DNA of 64,000 nucleotides from an uncultured bacterium (GTDB lineage Bacteria > Armatimonadota > JACIXR01), in NCBI GenBank assembly GCA_938041455.1, contig CALITO010000008.1, positions 206,319-270,318 of the forward strand. The letters run 5' to 3'. Made by a program: the position numbers and the translations under genes. Shown one piece after another: positions 49,826 to 59,647 of the stretch (its first letter is position 1; each line of letters opens with the position of its first letter). The notes under the pieces were generated by a model. It made no database searches. It saw only the letters and a list, made by a program, of their open reading frames with translations, and was not told the DNA's origin.

Positions 49826-50539
49826 ATGGTGAAAGTCGGTTGTTGTGGATGGGCGAAAAGCCAAAAACAATATTTTGAAAACTTCGATGTCATAGAAATA
49901 CAGCAAACTTTCTATAAATTGCCGGATATAAAAACTGCCAAAAGTTGGCGAGATAAAGCTCCCACCAACTTTGAATTCACCATAAAAGCTTCCCAACTCA
50001 TCACCCATCCTCCTTCCAGTCCAACTTATAAAAAAGCAGGGCTCTCTATTTCGGAAGAGAAAAAGGACAAATATGGTTTTTTCCGTCCCACAGATGAGGT
50101 ATTCCAAGCTTTTGAAGAAACAGTGGAGATTGCAAAGGTACTGGAGTGTAAAATCATAGTCTTCCAATGTCCTGCTTCATTCAAGCCGACGGAGGAGAAT
50201 AAGGATAACCTAAGGGTATTTTTCAGTAAGATAAGGAGGGGTCATTTCAACTTCGTTTGGGAACCGAGGGGGGAGTGGAAGGAGGAAGAAATTAAAGCAT
50301 TATGTCAAGAGCTTAATTTATCTCATTGTGTTGACCCCTTCAAGGGAAAAAGCGTTTGGGGAGAGATGCTCTACCTCCGTCTTCATGGTATAGGCGGATA
50401 TAGTTATAGTTATAGCGAGGAGGAACTACTCGCCCTTAGAGAGCTTATAAAAGATGAAAAAAGGCCCGTGTATGTGATGTTTAACAACACAAATATGTTT
50501 CAAGATGCCCTGCGTTTCAGAAAACTCACCGAAAGATGA
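49826..50539 (+). CDS. DUF72 family protein (archaeal-like short form)
   Basis: 'VGCCGW', 'IEIQQTFY', 'FTIKA.Q.ITHP', 'FQCPASF', 'WEPRG', 'YLRLHG', 'YVMFNN'. Confidence 0.9.
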   Translation: MVKVGCCGWAKSQKQYFENFDVIEIQQTFYKLPDIKTAKSWRDKAPTNFEFTIKASQLITHPPSSPTYKKAGLSISEEKKDKYGFFRPTDEVFQAFEETVEIAKVLECKIIVFQCPASFKPTEENKDNLRVFFSKIRRGHFNFVWEPRGEWKEEEIKALCQELNLSHCVDPFKGKSVWGEMLYLRLHGIGGYSYSYSEEELLALRELIKDEKRPVYVMFNNTNMFQDALRFRKLTER

Positions 50540-50646
50540 GGAAGCATATGTAAAATTTGACTTTACAAAGGAGGTAAGGCGGTTACGATTTTAATTGGTT
50601 TACTTAACAAGGTATTAAAATATATTAACGAAAGGAGTGAACGACA

Positions 50647-52578
50647 GTGGCTATAGTGAGATTATCGGAGAAAACTTATAGAGACAAAGTAATGGGTTGC
50701 TGGTATGGAAAGAATGCAGGTGGAACGTTAGGAGGTCCTTTAGAAAGCGGTTGGGGGAAAGAGGAACCTTTCAATGTAGATTGGTATCCTGTCCTTCAAG
50801 AGGGAGGGGTGCCCAATGACGACTTGGAAATCCAACTCATCTGGTTGCAAGCGCTTGAAGATAGGGGATTGGATATAACCTGTAAGGATTTGGCGGAATA
50901 TTGGCTTGATTGCATCTGGTATAATCCTGATGAATATGGTTTACACAAGACTAATCTCCGCTTGGGGCTCCAACCTCCCCTCTCTGGGTGGTTTAATAAC
51001 TTCTTTAAGCATTGTATGGGCTCACCGATTCGCTCGGAGATTTGGGCTTGTATAGCCCCAGGACTTCCCCATATAGCTGCTGCCTACGCCTGGCACGACG
51101 CGGTTTGTGACCATGCGGGGGGAGAATCGGTCTATGGGGAGATGTTCAACGCAGCCGTTGAATCCGCTGCTTTTGTCATCTCAGATATTAACCGTCTCCT
51201 TGAGATAGGCTTGGCAATGATTCCTAAAGATTGCCTTACAGCTAAAGCGGTTCGCACGGCTATAGAAGCAAAGGCAAAGGGATTAGATTGGCTTGAGGCA
51301 AGGAAGAAGGTTATGGAATGTGCCTATAGCCCCATCGCTCAGTTCTCGCCCATTAATCTGGGGTTCCAGACTATTGGACTTCTCTATGGGGAAGACTTCG
51401 GAGATGCCCTCTGCAAAGCCGTCAACTGTGGATATGATACAGACTGCACAGGAGCAACAGTGGGGGCGATACTTGGTATAATCCTTGGAGCAAGTAATCT
51501 TCCCCAAAAATGGATTGAACCGCTCGGCAACACAATTGCTACTAACGCCTCCTGGGGAGGTATACGCAATGTGCGCCTCCCTCAAGACCTGAATGAACTC
51601 ACGGAGAGAGTTGTCAAGATAGGTAAACTCCTTACTGCCCGTTTTGAACACTTAATAACAATAGGAAGTGAAGACGACCTTTCAAATGTTGAAAATCTAC
51701 CTCTCCTGAATGAAGAGGAGGCGAAGAGGATTTACACCCAACCCTTTAAGGAGGTTAAATTCATCCTCTCAACTCTGGTGGCTTACCTTGGTTATCCTGA
51801 AGGGCCCGCTGTATATGTCGGTGGTAAGACACCTATAGAGCTTCGCTTGATTAATCGTCAGCAAGAACCTCTATGGGTGGACGCTTGGGTGGAAGCGCCG
51901 GATAACTTCAAGGTAGAACCAGAGGGAAAGGTCAGCATAGAGTTGAAGCCAGCTGGGGAGTCCCGAATTCGTTTTAGTATCCAAGCGCCTCAGGAAGCAA
52001 GATTAATAGATATCGCTCCCAAGGGTTGGATAAAGTTGGAGGTCAAGGAGAGACCGGGTGTAGAAAGCTTACCGGTAACTTTTGCCGGAGCGAGGAGATG
52101 GTTAGTATCTCCTGTATACCCCTACGCCACCCTGGGAACTACACTTCCCCCTGAAGAACAACCTGGTTGGATAGATAGTCCCCCAGTAGGCTGGCGTGTT
52201 GAAAATTGGCCAGAAAACGAGCTTCCGGTAGAGCCATTCTTTGAAGGGAAACAAGGTGTAGTTTACCTTCGCCATTTCATTAAATCTCCAAGTGAGCGTG
52301 TAGTTCGCATAGGGGTTCCCAACTCCAATAAGATGAGGCTCTGGGTCAACGGAGCTATGGTTAAGCAGACGGAAACCGTCGTCCCTCTCCGCCCCAACTA
52401 TGGAGGGGACGGAAGCAACTATGTGGATGTAAAACTTAAAATGGGATGGAACAGCGTGTTGATAAAATTGGAGCGAGGGGATAAACCTATCGAGGCTCAT
52501 TTCACTCTTGCGGAACCTCAACTTGGAGCAGGTCAGTGGGACCTCCTTCAGACAAGATTCCCTTGGGAAGAATTATGA
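50647..52578 (+). CDS. ADP-ribosylglycohydrolase (ARH/DraG-fold) protein with C-terminal Ig-like and beta-sandwich domains
   Basis: 'GCWYGKNAGGTLGGP', 'PNDDL', 'MGSPIRSEIWA', 'GYDTDCTGATVGAILG'; AAGGAG RBS with GTG start. Confidence 0.85.
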   Translation: MAIVRLSEKTYRDKVMGCWYGKNAGGTLGGPLESGWGKEEPFNVDWYPVLQEGGVPNDDLEIQLIWLQALEDRGLDITCKDLAEYWLDCIWYNPDEYGLHKTNLRLGLQPPLSGWFNNFFKHCMGSPIRSEIWACIAPGLPHIAAAYAWHDAVCDHAGGESVYGEMFNAAVESAAFVISDINRLLEIGLAMIPKDCLTAKAVRTAIEAKAKGLDWLEARKKVMECAYSPIAQFSPINLGFQTIGLLYGEDFGDALCKAVNCGYDTDCTGATVGAILGIILGASNLPQKWIEPLGNTIATNASWGGIRNVRLPQDLNELTERVVKIGKLLTARFEHLITIGSEDDLSNVENLPLLNEEEAKRIYTQPFKEVKFILSTLVAYLGYPEGPAVYVGGKTPIELRLINRQQEPLWVDAWVEAPDNFKVEPEGKVSIELKPAGESRIRFSIQAPQEARLIDIAPKGWIKLEVKERPGVESLPVTFAGARRWLVSPVYPYATLGTTLPPEEQPGWIDSPPVGWRVENWPENELPVEPFFEGKQGVVYLRHFIKSPSERVVRIGVPNSNKMRLWVNGAMVKQTETVVPLRPNYGGDGSNYVDVKLKMGWNSVLIKLERGDKPIEAHFTLAEPQLGAGQWDLLQTRFPWEEL

Positions 52579-55556
52579 GGAAAACGCTTTTATGTGTTTT
52601 GAGTTTATTCTCTTTCTTTTCCCTTCCTCAAGAAAATTTAATAGGAGAATATACTTCTCCCGCTCATTGGATATGGGGAACGAACCGTTCTCCCTTCGGT
52701 GAAAGGGGGTATTTTCGCAAAATATTCTTCATCAATAAGGATATAAAAGACGCCTTTGTCCAAATGACGGGAGATGATGGTTTTACCTTATTCGTGAACG
52801 GGAGCAAAATAGCCTCCGGGGGCTTCAGTTGGGGAAAAATCTACACTTTTAATATTACCTCCTTCATTCAAAAAGGGAGAAATGTCGTGGCGATTGAGGA
52901 TTACAGCCCCGTTGACCCTGCTGGGGTTATATTGGAGTGCACACTTAACTATAAGGATGGTTCAACCGAGATTTTCGTCACTGATTCCAGTTGGAAATTT
53001 TCTCCTTCACCAGAAGAGGGGTGGTTGGAAGCGGATTTTAACGACTCACATTGGCAAAACGCGGTTGAAATCGGCAAGCCTCCTATTACCCCTTGGCTTG
53101 ACCTTCCTTTCAAGTATTTGGGACAAGATATCCTTCAGTGGGAACTTCTGGAGATTAAATATCCTAAAAAGGTTAAGGCGGGAACGACGGTGAATGTTAG
53201 GCTCAAGGGTAAAGTTCTCAGCCTACCTAAGGGCGACAATCTCGGTTTTATCGCCTTGCGCAAAGGAGACTTTACCCTTTGGGAAAATAAAGCGATTCGC
53301 CCCTATCCCCCCCTTTCCTCTTGTTCCATCGGCAATGTATTCAATATATCCGTCTCTTTAGCAATTCCCAAGTACGCTCCTAGGGGTAAATATGTTTTGG
53401 AGATGGGCCTACACCGTAGCAAGATGAAGGTAAAGGAGGATTTTAAATTGGGCGAGATGGAAATAGAGGAGATAAAAGGGGCACTACCCAGGGCGGAAAT
53501 TAAAGATTTAAATGGTTCGCCAGCGCTCTTTATAAATGGAAAACCTTTCTTCCCAATGATTTATTCTCAAATTCCTCATATAGATGAGAAACATGCTGAA
53601 CAATTTACTAAAGCAGGTATTCAACTTTATGAGATAAATTTTGTTCTGGGCGATTTTGTGAGGCTTGGATGGAAAGGCGAGGGATTATATGATTTCAGTG
53701 AATTTGATAGAATTATCTTCAATCTTCTGAGAGTTAACCCCGAGGCTTACTTCTTTCCCCGCCTCTGGCTTGAACCTCCCGGTTGGTGGATAGACGCACA
53801 CCCTGAGGAACTACAAAGATACGCTGATGGAACTACATGGGATAAAAATGATGTATTTGGAGGGACGAAGTGGCCATCCTTTGCTTCGGAGCGATGGTTG
53901 AAAGAGGAAGGCGAGGCGCTCAAGAAGTTCGTTGAACATATACAGTCTTCTCCTTATGCCGAAAGGTGCATCGGCTATCATATAGGTGCAGGTATCTATG
54001 GGGAATGGCACTATATGGGTGCCCAATATTTACCTGATATGAGCGAACCTATGACGAGGACTTTTAGAAACTGGCTTCGGGAACATTACCATAACGATGT
54101 GAATGCCCTCCGTAAAGCTTGGGGAAGGGAAGATGTCACTTTTGAGAATGCCCAGGTCCCTACTCTTGAAGAACGCCTCCAAACTTCCTTTGGTATGTTT
54201 CACCATCCCAACGAGAACCGTCAGGTAATTGATTATTATATGTGCCATCACAAGGTCCTTGTTGATGCTATTCTCCACTTTGCCAGAATTGTGAAGGAAA
54301 CTTCCAAAGGTAGATCCTTGGTCGGTGTCTTCTTTGGCTACACATCAAATATGCTCTGGCCACAGGACGGTGGACACATTGAACTTAAGAGAGTTCTTAC
54401 CTCTTCTTATATAGATTTCCTCTGCTCACCTCACACTTATGTCGGAAGGGCGTTGGGACAAGACGGGGGCTTTAGGGCTCTACCAGGCTCTATCGCCCTT
54501 TCTGGAAAGATCTTCATAGATGAAGCAGATGATGGTACCCACCTTGCTTCTCAAATACACAAGTTAGCGAGAAGCACCGAAGAGTCGATAGCTTTAATGA
54601 GGCGAGAATTCGTTCAAGCTCTATCTATAAATGGCGGGTTGTGGTGGTTCGATATGGACTCTTGTTGGTTCGATGAGCCAACCTTAATGGAGGAGATAGC
54701 CAAAATGAAGAAAATAGGAGATATAAGCTTGTCTCTCCCCCGCAAGAGAGTTAGTGAAGTAGCGGTAATAGTAGGATTGAATAGCTTCTATTATACAGCC
54801 CATTGGCGTTCTAAGTATGGCTCCACAATGGGAGACAGTGTAACAAGCCTTCTACTCAATGAGCAATGGCGAGAATTTTTCAAAATGGGTGCTCCTTTTG
54901 ACCTCTATGACATAAGCGATATAGAAGAGATGCCCCAATATAAATGTTATATCTTCTTGAATACTTTCTATTTGGACGAAAAAGCGAGGAAAGCAATTGC
55001 TAAATTGAAAGCAAAAGGAGGGTTGTTCATCTGGTTCTATGCCCCGGGATTGCTGAATGAGAAAGATATAAAAGTTGAGAATGTTGAGGAAATAACGGGG
55101 ATGAAAATGAGATTATCTCTTGAACCCAATATCCTGTCAGTGGAAATGATGGATGGTAGGAAGTGGACTAATGGCAAGGAAATCTCACCCCTGATATGGG
55201 TTGAGGATGACACCGTAGAAACACTTGGAGTTTCTCCTCAAGGGAAATCGGTCTTTGCTCTTAAAAGATTCCCTAATTTAATATCCCTCTACATTCTCAC
55301 TCCTCCAACTCCCGCATCAGTGTTAAGGGAACTGCTAAAGATGGCAGGAGTTCATATATACATAGATAGCGAGGATGTTCTTTACGCCCACGAGAGTTTA
55401 CTCGCTATTCACACAGCGAAAGAGGGAATTAAACGAATAAAATTACCAAAAGAAAAGGAAGTAGAAGATGCCTTTACGGGGTGGAGAATAGGCAGAGTAA
55501 AGGAGTGGGAAGTGGAGCTTCCCGCCCATACTACTGTGCTCTACCTTTTGAAGTAG
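52575..55556 (+). CDS. Secreted beta-galactosidase-like (GH42/GH-A-like) protein with N-terminal CBM67-like module
   Basis: Signal peptide from ATG 52575; 'DDGFTLFVNG..GRNVVAIE..TDSSWK'; 'YDFSEFD', 'GEWHY', 'FRNWLREHY..V.AL..AW', 'IFIDEAD'. Confidence 0.7.
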   Translation: MRKTLLCVLSLFSFFSLPQENLIGEYTSPAHWIWGTNRSPFGERGYFRKIFFINKDIKDAFVQMTGDDGFTLFVNGSKIASGGFSWGKIYTFNITSFIQKGRNVVAIEDYSPVDPAGVILECTLNYKDGSTEIFVTDSSWKFSPSPEEGWLEADFNDSHWQNAVEIGKPPITPWLDLPFKYLGQDILQWELLEIKYPKKVKAGTTVNVRLKGKVLSLPKGDNLGFIALRKGDFTLWENKAIRPYPPLSSCSIGNVFNISVSLAIPKYAPRGKYVLEMGLHRSKMKVKEDFKLGEMEIEEIKGALPRAEIKDLNGSPALFINGKPFFPMIYSQIPHIDEKHAEQFTKAGIQLYEINFVLGDFVRLGWKGEGLYDFSEFDRIIFNLLRVNPEAYFFPRLWLEPPGWWIDAHPEELQRYADGTTWDKNDVFGGTKWPSFASERWLKEEGEALKKFVEHIQSSPYAERCIGYHIGAGIYGEWHYMGAQYLPDMSEPMTRTFRNWLREHYHNDVNALRKAWGREDVTFENAQVPTLEERLQTSFGMFHHPNENRQVIDYYMCHHKVLVDAILHFARIVKETSKGRSLVGVFFGYTSNMLWPQDGGHIELKRVLTSSYIDFLCSPHTYVGRALGQDGGFRALPGSIALSGKIFIDEADDGTHLASQIHKLARSTEESIALMRREFVQALSINGGLWWFDMDSCWFDEPTLMEEIAKMKKIGDISLSLPRKRVSEVAVIVGLNSFYYTAHWRSKYGSTMGDSVTSLLLNEQWREFFKMGAPFDLYDISDIEEMPQYKCYIFLNTFYLDEKARKAIAKLKAKGGLFIWFYAPGLLNEKDIKVENVEEITGMKMRLSLEPNILSVEMMDGRKWTNGKEISPLIWVEDDTVETLGVSPQGKSVFALKRFPNLISLYILTPPTPASVLRELLKMAGVHIYIDSEDVLYAHESLLAIHTAKEGIKRIKLPKEKEVEDAFTGWRIGRVKEWEVELPAHTTVLYLLK

Positions 55557-55574
55557 GAAAACCTCTTGTATTTA

Positions 55575-58424
55575 TTATCCTTCTACTATGGTGGCTTTAT
55601 TCTCCAATTTTTTCCCGTTAAGGATTATTTGTGCGACATTTTCGGGGAAACGGACCTCCGCGAGACATCCTTTGGGAATATGTATATCTGCTTCTAATAT
55701 TTTTTCTTTTATCTTATAACTCACTTCTATCGTGCCATAAGGAGTGGGAATTGTGCCCCTTGCCCATTTTAGGTCGCAAAGGTTGGGTTCTATCAAAATT
55801 CTTTTGAAACCAGCCTCAATTGGCCTAACACCCAAGATATAACTAGGAAGGAAAAAGGCGGGAGCAGACGACCAAGCGTGGCAGTGGCTGCGGGTAAGCT
55901 TTTGTCCCAACCATTCAAAAGCGTGGGGAAATGTCTCCCAACAGGTAGTGGCGTCGTATTCAAGCATAATCCCCCAGTTCTTCCTGATGTTTTCCAAAAT
56001 ATCCTCTACCTTGTTTAGCCTTGCCAACGCCTCAAAGTAAAAGAAGGACATAAAGGGACTGCCTATTTTGACAAAGCTCTCCGGGGGATGGAGGAGGTAA
56101 CCCTCCAGGATATTCCTCCGTTCCCCCGTCGCGCAATCCGAGAGATAAACGATGACTTGTGTTTGTAGGCTGAACACTTCAGAGCGAGTTCCATCGATAT
56201 GAATACTATCTATATAGGCTTTCTTTTCCTCGTCCCAAAGATTTTCGTTTATTGCTCTCTGTAAATCATCAGCGAATCTCGAGAGGAATTGCTCGTCTTC
56301 TTCTTTATTTAATAACTTCGCTATCTGTGATAATTCCCTTAACGCCTTCACCAAAAGAGCATTTTGATGTGTAACGACACCCCTACTGGGAGTGTCCATA
56401 GGTGCCCAGTCAAGCATATTCCAGGCTTCTATCTCCAGTAAACCCTTGTCATTGATGAATTGTTTGAAATTCCTCGCCGTCTGAAGGAGAGAAGGGTATA
56501 TCTCCTCGAGAAACTCCCTTTCACCGCTGAATAGATAATATTCCTTACAAGCAATCATCCAGAGTAGTGACCAAGCGGTAAGGATATTCTGCCATCCGCT
56601 GGGAACCTGTGATTCGGGAAGTGGCGAACGATAGAGGGATTTCGGCACGAGTTTGAGGCAGCGCCTGGAAAGAGGATAAGCTCCAAAGGTCATATAATTT
56701 ATTAGTGCCTCATTTCGGGCATCGCCTACCCAGAATGTTTGTTCATAGGCAGGGCAGTCAACATATGTATCCTCCATACAAAGTCTTTCCGTGTGCTTGG
56801 ATATCTCCCAAATGCGATTTAGCATATGATCAGAGCATTGAAAACGCCCTATTTCGGCAACAGGATAAGTGGCAAGGTATGTTTTAAGGGAGTAAATCTT
56901 GAGGGGTGCTCCAAGGTTTCTTATAGTGAGCATCACATATCTGAAACCCCGGCGAACCAAGGAACGATAGGTTTGGCGTCCCTCTCTCGTTATATATCTC
57001 AGGGTGTTATGTAGACCATCCGTATTTTCTATGAAGCCATCGTGAATACTTTCAAAAGCATAGAAATCCAAGATAACATTCGCTGGTGACTCAATGTCAA
57101 ATTCCAGGAATCCACTAAGCTCCTTACCAAAATCTATGATTAGTTCTACATCGCCTTCACCCGGTTTTATTTCAGTATAGGAATCGTTAGCAAGAACGAG
57201 GTTGTGATGTTGGGGGAGAACTTCGATTTCTCTAAGTGTTTTCTTGTGAACACAAAGGTTGAAAACGATATCCTTACAGGTGTGCTCGGGCATCACAGGC
57301 TTTATCCAGTGTCCAAATTTATGGAGTATCTCGCTAAAATCTGTCATCCAAATTTTCTCGTAATCTGGGTGAGGATTGAGGGGTGCGTCTTCCGTGGTGC
57401 CCAAATGGGCTATTGTCCTTTTATCAAAGGGACCTATGGTTATGAATTCCCCTTCGCCCAAGGGGGAAGCGAACTTTATTTCCTCAGGGAAATCAAAAGA
57501 GAGATTGACGAAAGGGTCGTGAAATGTGCCACTAACATCTAAAAGGAAAGAGTTATCACCTTCTTTCAAATCTATTTCCAGTGAGTTGCTGAGGCCAAAT
57601 TGATAGGGGATATTGTTTAACTTAAAGCGTCCCATAACACTAAGGCTGATGAGCCTCCCCTTCATATCTCTGGGGGAACGAATGATAGTAGCTATATAGC
57701 CGTTATGCTTCTTCACATTGGCATCATATTCCTCAGGGTAGAAATTGGGACGTAGGTCTATGGCGATAGAGGTTTTGACAGGTTGAACTTCCTTCATAGA
57801 TATAACTCGTTTAGGGTAAAAAGGTTCATTCGTGAGGAAAGGAATGTCTCGGGGAATTAGTGAGGTCCAAGGAGAAGTGAATGCTGGACCAATCTCAAGA
57901 GCGTTTTCCCAGGCAGAATCGTCAAAATTCAATTCTGTCCAATTAGGGGGAAACTTACTGGCATCATATACCTCAGCCCATGCTTGCTGACAACTTATCC
58001 TTATCGAAGCCCTCTTAAAACCCTTATGTTCTGTGGTTTTCCAGGAACTGTCCGTCGTTATGCTCTTCACTACTTTACCATTCCTTCTGAAATCCAACTG
58101 AGCTAAGAGTCCCCCTCTTCCTTCTATATATTGGAATGTGCTGATTCCATAATGGGTTACTAAAACAGCGATTATATTTTCGCCCTGTTTAAGAAGATGT
58201 TTTATGGAATAGGTGTCGTATGATTGCTCAAAAGGCCAGGAGCGAACTGGACCCCAACCCAAAAATTGTCCATTTAAATAAAGAAAGTAACGGGAGTCGG
58301 CAGTTATATGAAGCTCCGCTTCATCAAAATCCTCTGGCACTTCGAGGACCTTTCTGAAAGCGAGCCAGTAATTGCGGGGATGTCTCCCGCTATTATCCCA
58401 AATCCACTGGGCTTTCCATTGCAT
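55575..58424 (-). CDS. Alpha-L-rhamnosidase (GH78)
   Basis: 'HITADSRY.LYLNG', 'DFGKELSG', 'YVDCPAYEQTFWVGD', 'ATTCWE', 'SHCHAWS', 'IPTPYG'. Confidence 0.9.
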   Translation of the reverse strand: MQWKAQWIWDNSGRHPRNYWLAFRKVLEVPEDFDEAELHITADSRYFLYLNGQFLGWGPVRSWPFEQSYDTYSIKHLLKQGENIIAVLVTHYGISTFQYIEGRGGLLAQLDFRRNGKVVKSITTDSSWKTTEHKGFKRASIRISCQQAWAEVYDASKFPPNWTELNFDDSAWENALEIGPAFTSPWTSLIPRDIPFLTNEPFYPKRVISMKEVQPVKTSIAIDLRPNFYPEEYDANVKKHNGYIATIIRSPRDMKGRLISLSVMGRFKLNNIPYQFGLSNSLEIDLKEGDNSFLLDVSGTFHDPFVNLSFDFPEEIKFASPLGEGEFITIGPFDKRTIAHLGTTEDAPLNPHPDYEKIWMTDFSEILHKFGHWIKPVMPEHTCKDIVFNLCVHKKTLREIEVLPQHHNLVLANDSYTEIKPGEGDVELIIDFGKELSGFLEFDIESPANVILDFYAFESIHDGFIENTDGLHNTLRYITREGRQTYRSLVRRGFRYVMLTIRNLGAPLKIYSLKTYLATYPVAEIGRFQCSDHMLNRIWEISKHTERLCMEDTYVDCPAYEQTFWVGDARNEALINYMTFGAYPLSRRCLKLVPKSLYRSPLPESQVPSGWQNILTAWSLLWMIACKEYYLFSGEREFLEEIYPSLLQTARNFKQFINDKGLLEIEAWNMLDWAPMDTPSRGVVTHQNALLVKALRELSQIAKLLNKEEDEQFLSRFADDLQRAINENLWDEEKKAYIDSIHIDGTRSEVFSLQTQVIVYLSDCATGERRNILEGYLLHPPESFVKIGSPFMSFFYFEALARLNKVEDILENIRKNWGIMLEYDATTCWETFPHAFEWLGQKLTRSHCHAWSSAPAFFLPSYILGVRPIEAGFKRILIEPNLCDLKWARGTIPTPYGTIEVSYKIKEKILEADIHIPKGCLAEVRFPENVAQIILNGKKLENKATIVEG

Positions 58425-58557
58425 ACAGAGAGCTCCTCCTTCTATAAGGAAATTTAAAATACTGGCAATATTCTATTGCTTTTTCTCAAAAACTTACAAA
58501 CAATTTTTAGCATATAACTCGACCCCGTAGTATATAATTAAAAACGGTGATGATAAG

Positions 58558-59337
58558 ATGAAATACAGCGTCTTCACAGTTATGATGGGGCCTCTTCCCC
58601 GAGAAGAGGTTGTGGAACTCCTCCTTCGCTATGGCTATGAAGGAGTAGAATGGCGGGTTCATCCTGAGTTCCATCTCAATCCAGAGAATATGAAGGAGGA
58701 AGTGAAGGAAGTAAGCAAAATATGTCGAGAAGCAGGATTGCAAATAGTCGCCCTATCTCCTTATCTACCACTCGGCTCACCCCTTTTGGAAAAGGTCGTT
58801 TATGCCGCTGGAGAATATGGCGTTCCTTTAGTAAGGATAGGAGTCCCTTCTTACACAGGGAAGGCTTGCTATTGGACACTCTACGATGAAACGAAGAAGA
58901 AATTGGAACAATTTGAGAAAGTCGGGGAGAAAACGGGCGTTAAGGGAGTAATAGAGATTCATATGGGGAACATTGCCACCAGTCCCAGTCTTGCCAAGTG
59001 GCTGTTGAAAGATTTCAACCCTCGCTATGTGGGAGCTATATTCGACCCGGGCAATATGATAGCGGAGGGATATGAAGCGTGGAAGATGGGTTTGGAGATA
59101 TTAGGTGAGCATTTGGCTCACTGCCACGCTAAGAATGGAGGGTGGTTCAAACAAGATAAGGAATGGAAATTCTCCTTTGTCCCTATGGACGAGGGAATAG
59201 CAGATTGGAAAGATATTCTTCATAGCTTGCAAGCAGTGGGCTACGATAGCTGGATATCATTTGAGGATTTCTCCCCCCTTCCCCTTGAAGAAAAACTAAA
59301 GAGAAACATTGAGCTATGTAAAGAATGGGAGAAATGA
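58558..59337 (+). CDS. Sugar phosphate isomerase/epimerase (AP endonuclease 2 TIM barrel)
   Basis: 'GYEGVEWR', 'IEIH', 'FDPGNM', 'HCHAKN', 'GYDSWISFED'. Confidence 0.88.
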   Translation: MKYSVFTVMMGPLPREEVVELLLRYGYEGVEWRVHPEFHLNPENMKEEVKEVSKICREAGLQIVALSPYLPLGSPLLEKVVYAAGEYGVPLVRIGVPSYTGKACYWTLYDETKKKLEQFEKVGEKTGVKGVIEIHMGNIATSPSLAKWLLKDFNPRYVGAIFDPGNMIAEGYEAWKMGLEILGEHLAHCHAKNGGWFKQDKEWKFSFVPMDEGIADWKDILHSLQAVGYDSWISFEDFSPLPLEEKLKRNIELCKEWEK

Positions 59338-59347
59338 GGTGAAAGAT

Positions 59348-59647
59348 ATGCCCCGTTTGACGAGAGAAGAAGTAGAGCATGTTGCTTATTTAGCGCGCCT
59401 TTCCCTTACCGAGGAGGAAAAGGAGATGTTTACAGAGCAGTTAAACCGCATATTGGAAGCGTTTGCGAAACTTCAGGAATTACAAACAGAGGATGTTGAG
59501 CCTCTTTCCCATGTCATCCCCCTCAAGAATGTGTTTGCTGAGGACGAAGGGAAGGATTGGCAAAGTTTAACGACTGAGGAAGCGCTTGCTAACGCTCCTG
59601 AGCAAGAAAATAACCACTTTGTAGTCCCTCGCATAGTAGAGGATTGA
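59348..59647 (+). CDS. gatC: Asp-tRNA(Asn)/Glu-tRNA(Gln) amidotransferase subunit C
   Basis: 'EEVEHVAYLARLSL.EEE', 'EPLSH', 'LANAP....HFVVPRI'; GAGGTG RBS before ATG 59348. Confidence 0.95.
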   Translation: MPRLTREEVEHVAYLARLSLTEEEKEMFTEQLNRILEAFAKLQELQTEDVEPLSHVIPLKNVFAEDEGKDWQSLTTEEALANAPEQENNHFVVPRIVED

